From the NCBI GenBank assembly GCA_964590195.1, contig CAZPWJ010000001.1, positions 89,686 to 153,685 of the forward strand: a stretch of DNA of 64,000 bases, written 5' to 3'. This stretch comes from an uncultured Rhodospirillaceae bacterium (lineage in GTDB: Bacteria; Pseudomonadota; Alphaproteobacteria; GCA-2731375). The position numbers were made by a program, and so were the translations under genes. Positions 46,904-54,897 of the stretch are shown in pieces. The stretch's first letter is position 1, and each line of letters begins with the position of its first letter. The notes under the pieces were generated by a model. The model saw nothing but the letters and a program-made list of their open reading frames with translations, had not been told where the DNA came from and ran no database searches.

Positions 46904-47619
46904 GCATAGCGGGACAAACGGTTTTGGCCGTGGTGCCGGCGCGGGGCGGTTCTAAATCCATACCGCGCAAGAATCTGGCCAAGGTGGGCGGCATCTCTCT
47001 GGTGGGCCGGGCCGGCGAACTGGCCGCCTCCATGCCCTGGATCGACCGGGCGATCATCTCCACGGACGATGTTGAAATCGCGGCGGAAGCCACGCGCCAT
47101 GGGTTGGAGGCGCCGTTTCAGCGGCCCGAGGAGCTTGCCGCCGACAAATCCACCTCCACCGATATGTGGCGCCACGCCTGGCTGGCGGCGGAGGAACATT
47201 ACGGCATGCGCTTTGATCTTTCCATTTTGTTGGAGCCGACCTCGCCCATGCGCCGGGCCGAGGATCTGACCCGCTGTGTCGAAACTCTGCTGGACAGCGG
47301 CCACAAGGCGGCGGCGACCCTCAGCCCGACACCGGCCCATTTCACGCCGCATAAAACCCTGAAGCTGGATGATAGCGGCAACCTCGCGCCCTATCTGGCT
47401 GAGGGACGCAAGGCCCTGCGTCAAGGCATTCCCGACTATTATCATTGCAACGGCATCTGCTATGCCCTGCGCCGCGCCACCCTGGTGGACGAGGGCCACA
47501 TCATGGAAGACGACTGCATCGGCGTCGTCATCGACCGGCCCATCGTCAATATCGACGAGCCGTTCGAGCTGGAATTGGCGGAATGGCTGCTGGCGCGGGA
47601 AGCCGCCACGCGTTCGTAG
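46900..47619 (+). CDS. Acylneuraminate-type cytidylyltransferase (CTP_transf_3 family: CMP-NeuAc/CMP-Kdo/CMP-nonulosonate synthetase-like)
   Basis: N-terminal AVVPARGGSKSIPRKNL signature of NeuA/KdsB-type CMP-sugar synthetases; about 239 aa; last gene of the overlapping operon. Confidence 0.85.
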   Translation: MSIAGQTVLAVVPARGGSKSIPRKNLAKVGGISLVGRAGELAASMPWIDRAIISTDDVEIAAEATRHGLEAPFQRPEELAADKSTSTDMWRHAWLAAEEHYGMRFDLSILLEPTSPMRRAEDLTRCVETLLDSGHKAAATLSPTPAHFTPHKTLKLDDSGNLAPYLAEGRKALRQGIPDYYHCNGICYALRRATLVDEGHIMEDDCIGVVIDRPIVNIDEPFELELAEWLLAREAATRS

Positions 47620-47769
47620 CGGACAATAAGCAATACCCCACGCAAGAATCTCCACACCATGACCGACCCTGCGATCGTCAGAGCAGTTGGATGTTCCGAA
47701 TAGTGGTGGTGCGGGCCACCAGGCCGGCGCCGCCGAAGGCAGGGCGGGCCGGCCATTGTCGGGCCTCGG

Positions 47770-49353
47770 TTACTGTGCGCCGGACGGCCGCATCATCTTT
47801 TCCATCACTTTCTCGAGGCTGAAACTTGCCGGCTTTTGACGCGGCGGGAATTCCTTGAAAGTTTTCAGGAAATTACCCACATAGACCTGCGCTGGAACCA
47901 GGAGGTAAACCCGGTCAACCAGCCAGTCGTAGTAGGTGTTCGAGGTGGAATAAGCCCGTTCATAGGGATCGCGGCGCAGGTTGAATATCAACGGCACCCG
48001 AAGCGGCGTCCATGGCTCGACCCACGCGCGGAAGGTGGCTTCTGCCTTTTGCTCCATGAATATGGCCTTCCAATCACCGTACCGCAAAGCCGTGAGGTCA
48101 CCGTCGTCGGAGAAATAGAATATCTCCTTGCGCGGACCTTCCTTGGTTTCTCCTTTCAGATAGGGCAGGAAGTTGTAGCCATCGAGATGGACTTTGTAGC
48201 TACGCCCAATTGCCTCCACGCCGCCTTTCTTGAGCTTTTCCTTGATATTGGAATCTCCGGCGGCGGCCAGATAGGTTGGCAACCAGTCCATGTGGTGCAT
48301 GATTTCGTTCGACACCTGGCCGGACTTGATCCTGCCAGGCCAGCGCACCATGGACGGCACCCGCCAGCCGCCTTCCCAATTGGTGTTCTTCTCACCACGG
48401 AAGGGTGTCATCCCGGCATCCGGCCAGGTGTTCATATGGACGCCGTTGTCGGTCGAATAATGCACGATTGTGTTGTCGGCAATGCCAAGCTCGTCCAATT
48501 TGGCGAGCAGCTTGCCCACATGCATGTCATGTTCGACCATGCCATCGGCGTATTCGTCCTGGCCCGAGATGCCCCGTAGTTCCTTTTTCACGTGGGTGCG
48601 GAAATGCATCCGCGTGCCATTCCACCAGACATAGAAGGGTTTGCCGGCCTTGTGCGCCCGTTCGATAAAGCCCAGTGCAGCCTCTAGGGTTTCATCGTCC
48701 ACGGTCTCCATGCGTTTCTTGGTCAGGGCACCCGTATCCTCAACCGCACCGCCCGCCGATGACTTAATGACGCCGCGTGGGCCGAAACGTTTCCGGAAGG
48801 CGGGGTTCTTGGGATAATCCTCGTTCTCCGGCTCTTCCTCGGCGTTCAGGTGGTAAAGGTTGCCAAAGAACTCGTCGAAGCCATGATTGCTCGGCAACAT
48901 CTCGTCCCGGTCACCAAGATGGTTCTTTCCGAACTGGCCGGTGACATAGCCCTGCGCTTTAAGCAGGCCGGCAATGGTCGGGTCTTCCTTTTTCATGCCT
49001 TCCTTGGCGCCCGGCAGGCCGACTTTGGAAAGACCGGTGCGGAATACGCTCTGGCCCATGATGTAGGAGGAGCGGCCGGCGGTGCAGGATTGTTCGCCAT
49101 AATAATCAGTGAACATCATGCCCTCTTTTGCGATGCGGTCGATGTTTGGTGTCTTGTAGCCAACCAAGCCCATTGTGTAAGCGCTGATATTGGTCAAACC
49201 GATATCGTCGCCCCAGATCACCAGAATATTGGGCTTTTTATTCTGCGCCTGTGCTGACGCCCCCACGCCAATAATTCCAAGACTTACGACGCTTGCCATT
49301 GTCCAAGACAACAGTGTTGCGAATTTCCATTTATATTGACCCTGCCACGGCAT
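47770..49353 (-). CDS. Arylsulfatase (type I sulfatase, formylglycine-dependent)
   Basis: Signal peptide; GDDIG metal-binding start; formylglycine motif variant C-T-A-G-R (SCTAGRSSYIMG); sulfatase N-terminal domain throughout. Confidence 0.85.
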   Translation of the reverse strand: MPWQGQYKWKFATLLSWTMASVVSLGIIGVGASAQAQNKKPNILVIWGDDIGLTNISAYTMGLVGYKTPNIDRIAKEGMMFTDYYGEQSCTAGRSSYIMGQSVFRTGLSKVGLPGAKEGMKKEDPTIAGLLKAQGYVTGQFGKNHLGDRDEMLPSNHGFDEFFGNLYHLNAEEEPENEDYPKNPAFRKRFGPRGVIKSSAGGAVEDTGALTKKRMETVDDETLEAALGFIERAHKAGKPFYVWWNGTRMHFRTHVKKELRGISGQDEYADGMVEHDMHVGKLLAKLDELGIADNTIVHYSTDNGVHMNTWPDAGMTPFRGEKNTNWEGGWRVPSMVRWPGRIKSGQVSNEIMHHMDWLPTYLAAAGDSNIKEKLKKGGVEAIGRSYKVHLDGYNFLPYLKGETKEGPRKEIFYFSDDGDLTALRYGDWKAIFMEQKAEATFRAWVEPWTPLRVPLIFNLRRDPYERAYSTSNTYYDWLVDRVYLLVPAQVYVGNFLKTFKEFPPRQKPASFSLEKVMEKMMRPSGAQ

Positions 49354-49517
49354 TAGGCTCTCCCATCGAGCTGATTTGCAATTAAGACTGAATCGTAGAT
49401 AGAGTTTTCGCTACAGTTGTCCAGCCCAGTTGCAATGACCAAAAAATCTGCGATGTCGGCAGTTATTAGGGGCTATCAAATATTAGGGGCTATCAAAAAT
49501 CGGCTGCCGCGGCATTG

Positions 49518-49625
49518 GGCCCGACAGCGGCGCATTTTGCGCCGCACAAATCCCTGAAGCTGGACGATGCCGGCAATCGCGCACCCTATTTGGCAGAATG
49601 GCTATTGGCGGGCGAAGCCGTGCTC
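49518..49625 (+). pseudogene. Decayed remnant of a paralogous cytidylyltransferase gene (internal deletion; about 80% nt identity to 47323-47405 and 47580-47615)
   Basis: …PTAAHFAPHKSLKLDDAGNRAPYLAE|WLLAGEA… aligns to …PTPAHFTPHKTLKLDDSGNLAPYLAEG… and the C-terminal …AEWLLAREAATRS of the intact gene. No start, no N-terminal domain. Preceded by an 18-bp tandem repeat (49464-49500). Confidence 0.7.
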
Positions 49626-49632
49626 CAAGGCC

Positions 49633-50703
49633 TCAGGGCGGCAGGAATCGGCCGGAGGAGAAAAAGCCGTCGATTACCGGCTTCGGACTGCGCCGGGACA
49701 TCTCGGCACGGGATTTTATGGGCGATTGCAGGAACATGTTGGCGGGATAAATCTCGTCGCTGTAGAGGCCGTCGAACATCTCGGAGCGGATCTGCGCCAG
49801 GAAGTTTCGCCGCGGTTCCTGCCGCCGCGCCCGCAAAGCCTTCAGATTGATTTCCGAGGCCACGACGGTCTCGCCAGGGTACGGCGCCCGACCCATGATG
49901 ACGCCTTTATAATCAACGATCATGCTGTCGCCCGGCGTGAAGTCGGCGGGAAGTTCATCCGTGATCAGGCCGCCGGTGTTCGGCGCGATGACATAGGCGA
50001 TGTTTTCATGCGCCCGGACCCGGTTCTGTATCTCCCAGGTATTCATCAGCGGCGAGACCAGCGGCTCGGGATAGGCCGTCGGACGCAGAAGTATCTCAGC
50101 CCCCTGAAAGGTCAGGGCCCGTGTGACTTCGGGAAAATGGCCGTCCATGCAAATGAAGGTACCCAGCCGGCCGACCTTGGTCTCGGTGACCGGAAAGAAG
50201 GTCTCCAGCTTGCTCTTGCCCTTGCCATACAGCTCCATATAGCGGTCCATCATGTCGTGGGGGCTCATGGCCATTTCCGCATGAATGGCCGGAATGGCCT
50301 TGCGGTATTTATGGACGATTTCACCGCTCGGGCTGATGACGAAGGCGCAATTGAAATAGTATTCGGGCAATTCCGGATCATATTCCAGGGCGCAGCCGGA
50401 GATGTAGACATCAAGCTCCCGCGCTTTTTGCGCCAGCGCGTCGCTTTCCTTGCCGGGCAGGGTGATCAGGATTTCCCGGCGGCAATAATCCATGTCCACG
50501 TCGTGCCGGGTGGTGAAGCCTTGGAGAAAGAATTCCGGAAACGCGAACAATTTCAGCGGCGCGGCCACCTCGCCGAAACGGCGCATGCAGCCATCCATGA
50601 TGCCCAGATATTTTTCCAGGTTTTCGGCGATGTCTTCGCGCTTGTAGGCCCATTTGAGAATTGGCTGGAAAATGCACGCCGTGTACGTCTCATAATAACT
50701 CAT
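49633..50703 (-). CDS. Carbon-nitrogen hydrolase family amidase (aliphatic amidase/formamidase-like)
   Basis: Nitrilase-superfamily E-K-C triad context: FPEFF (Glu), EIVHKYRKAIP (Lys), FICMDGHFPE (Cys). Confidence 0.8.
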   Translation of the reverse strand: MSYYETYTACIFQPILKWAYKREDIAENLEKYLGIMDGCMRRFGEVAAPLKLFAFPEFFLQGFTTRHDVDMDYCRREILITLPGKESDALAQKARELDVYISGCALEYDPELPEYYFNCAFVISPSGEIVHKYRKAIPAIHAEMAMSPHDMMDRYMELYGKGKSKLETFFPVTETKVGRLGTFICMDGHFPEVTRALTFQGAEILLRPTAYPEPLVSPLMNTWEIQNRVRAHENIAYVIAPNTGGLITDELPADFTPGDSMIVDYKGVIMGRAPYPGETVVASEINLKALRARRQEPRRNFLAQIRSEMFDGLYSDEIYPANMFLQSPIKSRAEMSRRSPKPVIDGFFSSGRFLPP

Positions 50704-50800
50704 CGGACCACATCCAATAGTTCAACTGCCCGTCAAGCATATCGCGCCTGGACGAGATTTATCAAACCGGATTTGCCTGACGAATCAACTGCCGATGGGG

Positions 50801-51199
50801 CTACTTGCGCACAGCCGACCATTTACCGTCGCAGTAAGTCCGCGACGTTTCCTTCCAGGTGCCATTTCCGCCAGCCTTGAACAGCTTGCCGGTTATCATT
50901 CCTTCCACGCTATTGCCGGCACCCTTTGCGGTGAAGGCGCCATCCGCCGTGACCTCTCCCGACAAATACACCGGTCCCCTCTCACTGTGGTTCAGGATGC
51001 CGGTAACCTTGCCAGCCTTGACCACCAAAGGATCCGGAAACAGATAACCGGCACAATGGGGACTGCTCGAAGAACGCTTGGAGTACTCAATCGTAACCTT
51101 CCATTCGCCACTCAATGAGGATTGTGCGGCGGCTTGCCAAACAGGCGCCATGAAAATCATCATCAGCGCCGTCATCGTGGTTATCGTGCTAATTTTCAT
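50801..51199 (-). CDS. Small secreted protein of unknown function (signal peptide, 2 Cys)
   Basis: MKISTITTMTALMMIFMAPVWQAAAQS signal peptide; about 110-aa mature G/K/T-rich domain; no recognisable motif. Confidence 0.55.
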   Translation of the reverse strand: MKISTITTMTALMMIFMAPVWQAAAQSSLSGEWKVTIEYSKRSSSSPHCAGYLFPDPLVVKAGKVTGILNHSERGPVYLSGEVTADGAFTAKGAGNSVEGMITGKLFKAGGNGTWKETSRTYCDGKWSAVRK

Positions 51200-51231
51200 G
51201 CGGCAATCTTCCAATTTGCAGCCAAAATGAT

Positions 51232-51273
51232 CTTTCGATTCGTGACCCATATGGTCTCATCGAATCGAAACAA
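51232..51273. promoter_or_regulatory. Operator-like palindrome TTTCGATTCG-N18-CGAATCGAAA (inner GACCCATATGGTC near-palindrome) about 35-75 bp upstream of the secreted-protein gene start
   Basis: Perfect 10-bp inverted half-sites read directly; located in an AT-rich intergenic stretch. Confidence 0.35.
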
Positions 51274-51356
51274 TGACTTAATCGGAAATAGTTTTTACCC
51301 AGCGTTTGTCCAGGCACCGAGTTCGGCGAAACCGCAATAGCAGCCGGAAAAATGGC

Positions 51357-52016
51357 TCAGTCCGGCAGCAGGTCGTAGGTCGTACTTTTTAGAATGGGAC
51401 GATGTTTCCTTTGGTAGCGGCGCTTGAAGTACTTTTCCAGCAAGCTGCGGTTAAAGCTGCGTCCGTCCACCAGCAGGCGAAAGCCCGGCGGGAAATCCGC
51501 TTCCATATCCAGGACATCGATGGCGGCGCGGCGTTCCGGCGTCAGGGCCGGGCCGTCCAGATAGATCATGTCGGCCACCACGTCCGGCACGTTGGCAAAG
51601 CGCCATACCGGGGTGCCGTCAAGATCGTCCTCCACCCGCTCGGTCAGCGTCACCGTGCAAAACAGGCGCAGATGCTCGGGCATGCTGTCAATTGTTACCT
51701 GGCCCCAATGGGCGTCGGCATCCAGGGAATGCAGGAAACCAGGTGCGCCCTCGGCCGCATTGTCGGCCAGGGCCTGAGCGAAAATGATCGTCGAGCAGCC
51801 GCTGCCGAATTCCAATAGCACCTTTGGCCGGCGCGCCCGAACCTGGCTGTAGATAGCCCACAGGTCCGACCAGACCGGCGGCTTGGCCGTCGGCGGGCGA
51901 GCATCGAACAGCGCAAGGTAGCCGCGCTTTTTCAGTTGCCGCCAGCCACGGAAATTCAGGATGGCCACACCGATCTTGCGATAAATGATAGCGAGTTTTT
52001 GCTTGATCCAAGACAT
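51357..52016 (-). CDS. Class I SAM-dependent O-methyltransferase, Methyltransf_24 family; paralog of 42561..43256
   Basis: PKVLLEFGSGCSTIIFAQAL; DMIYLDGPAL. Start set at ATG 52014-52016 (MSWIKQKLAII…) by alignment with the paralog. The 144-codon upstream extension of the ORF is rejected. Confidence 0.65.
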   Translation of the reverse strand: MSWIKQKLAIIYRKIGVAILNFRGWRQLKKRGYLALFDARPPTAKPPVWSDLWAIYSQVRARRPKVLLEFGSGCSTIIFAQALADNAAEGAPGFLHSLDADAHWGQVTIDSMPEHLRLFCTVTLTERVEDDLDGTPVWRFANVPDVVADMIYLDGPALTPERRAAIDVLDMEADFPPGFRLLVDGRSFNRSLLEKYFKRRYQRKHRPILKSTTYDLLPD

Positions 52017-52067
52017 GGCACTATATAGTCCGAAACTCTCCTCCGGTGCATCAAGAAGATATCGCCC

Positions 52068-52907
52068 ATGGACAATACCATACCAATTTTTATCGGCGGC
52101 CTGATGCGCTCGGGCACCACGCTGCTGCGTGCCATGCTGGCGCAGCATTCGGCCATCGCCTCGGGCCTGGAAACCCATTGGTTCGACATCGACTGGCCGG
52201 CCCAACAGGCCAGGGGCGGGGAGCCGTTGCGGGACTATCTGCACCGCATAGGTGAATTCTTCGCTGTTGGCGGCGAAGCGGTCGATACCCAGATGGCGGC
52301 GGCGGATAGCGCGGCGGCCTTTCTGGATCTGTTCATGGGCGCCGTCACAATGGCGGCGGGCAAGCGGCGCTGGGCCGAAAAGACCACCGGCAATATCCGC
52401 CACCTGGATGCCATCCTGGCCCACTGGCCCCAGGCAATGATCATTCATGTGCTGCGCGACCCCCGGGACATCTTCGCCTCGTTCCGGCGCAGTAAGAAAT
52501 ACGGCGGCATTGATGACTTTGCCAACCTATGGTGCGACTACCTGGGCGATGTGGAGCGTTTCAAGGGCGCGCTGCCGCTCAACGACGGCAATTATCTTGA
52601 ACTGCGCTATGAGGCTCTGGTCCGCGACCCCATTGGTCAGATGCAGGCGGTGATCAGCTTTCTGGGCGAGGACTGGGAAGACGCCGTGGGCCGCTTCGAC
52701 GGCAAGGCGGACGAGCATGACCGGGTCCTCGGCCTGACCGGGCATTCCTCAACCACCCTGGAGCAGATCGCGCATCCGCTAAGCCAGAACCGTGTCGGTC
52801 TGGGACAGGACAGTATCAGCGACGAGGAAATGGCCATCGCCCGCACGGTGGCGGCGGAACGCGGCCTGGGCGAGCTGTTCGCCCGGATCGAGCGGGAGGC
52901 GCGCTAA
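52068..52907 (+). CDS. Sulfotransferase-family protein (PAPS-dependent)
   Basis: 5'-PSB motif RSGTTLL near the N-terminus; 3'-PB motif RDPRD; about 279 aa. Confidence 0.8.
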   Translation: MDNTIPIFIGGLMRSGTTLLRAMLAQHSAIASGLETHWFDIDWPAQQARGGEPLRDYLHRIGEFFAVGGEAVDTQMAAADSAAAFLDLFMGAVTMAAGKRRWAEKTTGNIRHLDAILAHWPQAMIIHVLRDPRDIFASFRRSKKYGGIDDFANLWCDYLGDVERFKGALPLNDGNYLELRYEALVRDPIGQMQAVISFLGEDWEDAVGRFDGKADEHDRVLGLTGHSSTTLEQIAHPLSQNRVGLGQDSISDEEMAIARTVAAERGLGELFARIEREAR

Positions 52908-52917
52908 ACAGCCTGCG

Positions 52918-53961
52918 CTAGCCGTCCGGCGAAACCACCACTTTCATGCACTCGCGCCGTTCCAGAAGCGTGAAGGCCCGGTCAATCTCGGCAAAGGGCA
53001 GAACATGGGTCACCAGCTGGCGCAACTCGCCCGCCAGCGCGCCGGCCAGGGTTGTGCTGCGGACCCAGGTACCCCGGTTATAGGCGCGGCAGCCGATCAG
53101 CTCTTTTTCATCCAGGGCCAGGGGCAGGGAATGGAAAGGTGCCGCGGCATGACAGTAGCCGACGATGCCCAGCCGCCCGCCACGGCGCAGGGCCGGCAGG
53201 GCCGCGGCAAGGGCATCGTGATGGCCGCTGGCATCGTAGGCGACATCGGCGCCCCTTGGTGCTACGCGGCGAACGGCGGCAGCAAGATCTTCGCTGTCCT
53301 GATCCACCGTGACGGCGCCAAGCTTTCGGGCCAGGGCCAGGCGGGAGGCATCGGCGGCGACGCCGGCGACGATCACTTCCGATGCGCCGGCGGCGCGGGC
53401 GACCAACAGATGCAGCAGACCCACCGGCCCCGCGCCCATGACCAGTGCCACATCACCGGCGCCCATGGGCACCCGTTCGAGGACGGCATGACTAGCAACG
53501 GTCAACGGCTCTATCACCGCGGCCACGAGAGGATCGGTGCCGTCGGGCAGGACGAATGCATTGTCGGCAGGTACGGCAATCCGTTCCGCCAGGCCGCCGG
53601 GGGCGTGGCAGCCCATGATGCTGCGCTGGGTGCACAGCGCGTGGCGGCCGCTGTTGCAATAGAAGCAGCGGCCGCAATTGAGGTGCGGCGTAACGGCGGC
53701 CAGGGCACCGACGGCGATGCCTTCCACACCAGGGCCCACAGCTTCGATGCGGCCGGCGAATTCGTGGCCCAGGACATGGGGAAAGGCCGGCGCATATTCC
53801 GCCGCGATATCGTCATCCCAGCGCCGGATCGCCAGATCGGTGCCGCACAGGCCGCCGCCATTGACCCGAAGCAGCACCTGGCCCGCAGCCAGCGTCGGCT
53901 CCGCCACCTCGATCTCCGTGATATGGCCCGGAGCCGGCTCTGTTTTAGCTATTGCGCGCAT
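52918..53961 (-). CDS. Zinc-dependent alcohol dehydrogenase family (sorbitol/threonine dehydrogenase-like MDR)
   Basis: GHEFAGRIEAVG catalytic-zinc motif; structural-zinc CGRCFYCNSG; NAD-binding LVMGAGPVGLL. Start at MRAIAKTEP. Confidence 0.85.
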   Translation of the reverse strand: MRAIAKTEPAPGHITEIEVAEPTLAAGQVLLRVNGGGLCGTDLAIRRWDDDIAAEYAPAFPHVLGHEFAGRIEAVGPGVEGIAVGALAAVTPHLNCGRCFYCNSGRHALCTQRSIMGCHAPGGLAERIAVPADNAFVLPDGTDPLVAAVIEPLTVASHAVLERVPMGAGDVALVMGAGPVGLLHLLVARAAGASEVIVAGVAADASRLALARKLGAVTVDQDSEDLAAAVRRVAPRGADVAYDASGHHDALAAALPALRRGGRLGIVGYCHAAAPFHSLPLALDEKELIGCRAYNRGTWVRSTTLAGALAGELRQLVTHVLPFAEIDRAFTLLERRECMKVVVSPDG

Positions 53962-54043
53962 GCCGGCCAGCTTGCACGACGAAGGCGTATCAGGCAACCT
54001 GGATGCCAGGACGCGCCTTGGCGGACCGCCAATCAGCAGGAGT

Positions 54044-54868
54044 ATGACCGTGATCGACATGAACGGCTTTGCCGTCAACACCTACGCCTATACCTTTTCC
54101 CACAGTGCTGGCGACTGCATCGAGACCTACGCCGGCACCGGCGCCCAGGGGCTCGAGGTCATGATGTATCCGGGCCATGCCTGGCCTGACGACCTGGACC
54201 AGGGCGCCCGCCGCGCCCTGGCGAAACAAAGCCGCGATGCCGGCTTGCCCATTATCAGCCTGAACATGCCGAACATAGACATCAACATCGCCGCCGCGAC
54301 GCCGGACATGCGTGCCTACAGTATTGATACCCTGTGCCGCATCCTTGCCCTGGCGGGCGATCTGGAGGTGCCGGGCGTGGTGATCGGTCCCGGCAAACAA
54401 AATCCCCTGATGCCGGCGCCCAGAGATGTTCTGCTCGGCCATTTTCACAAGGCCATGGAAACCCTGGTGCCCGCCGCCCGTGCCGCCGGCACAAGATTGC
54501 TGGCGGAGAACATGCCCTTTGCCTTCCTGCCCGGCGCCGAAGAGATGATGGCGGCGCTGGAGCCATACGCCGTCGAGGATGTGGGCGTGGTTTACGATAT
54601 CGCCAACGGCCATTTTTGTGGCGAGGATCTGGCGATAGGCTTTCGCGCCGTGGCGCCGCGCCTGGCCCTGGTGCATGTTTCGGACACACCGACCGACGTC
54701 TACCTGCATGCGGCGGTGGGGCAAGGTTCGGTGCCGTTTGCCCATGGCGCCAAGGCCTGCCGGGCGGCAGGCTATGACGGCCCGACCATGCTGGAAATCA
54801 TCTGCGACGATCCCGACCGGGAGATCCCGGCCTCCGCCGAAGCCTTGTCGGAAATGGGCTGGCGCTAG
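54044..54868 (+). CDS. Sugar-phosphate isomerase/epimerase (xylose-isomerase-like TIM barrel) family protein
   Basis: AP-endonuclease-2/xylose-isomerase TIM-barrel pattern (…NMPNIDINIA…, …HVSD…). Start at ATG 54044 (MTVIDMNG). Confidence 0.7.
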   Translation: MTVIDMNGFAVNTYAYTFSHSAGDCIETYAGTGAQGLEVMMYPGHAWPDDLDQGARRALAKQSRDAGLPIISLNMPNIDINIAAATPDMRAYSIDTLCRILALAGDLEVPGVVIGPGKQNPLMPAPRDVLLGHFHKAMETLVPAARAAGTRLLAENMPFAFLPGAEEMMAALEPYAVEDVGVVYDIANGHFCGEDLAIGFRAVAPRLALVHVSDTPTDVYLHAAVGQGSVPFAHGAKACRAAGYDGPTMLEIICDDPDREIPASAEALSEMGWR

Positions 54869-54897
54869 GAATTAACTTGCGAAGGGAAGCTAGAACC

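Noticed and set aside
24412-49500. CRISPR array or IS element among the short tandem repeats (24424, 34655, 49464)
   Set aside because: Only two copies each, 12-18 bp units, no spacers, no cas or transposase genes anywhere in the window.
49567-50880. 437-aa ORF on + strand
   Set aside because: Antisense to the C-N hydrolase gene, which has a clear E-K-C triad; the + strand translation is R/G/H-rich low complexity.
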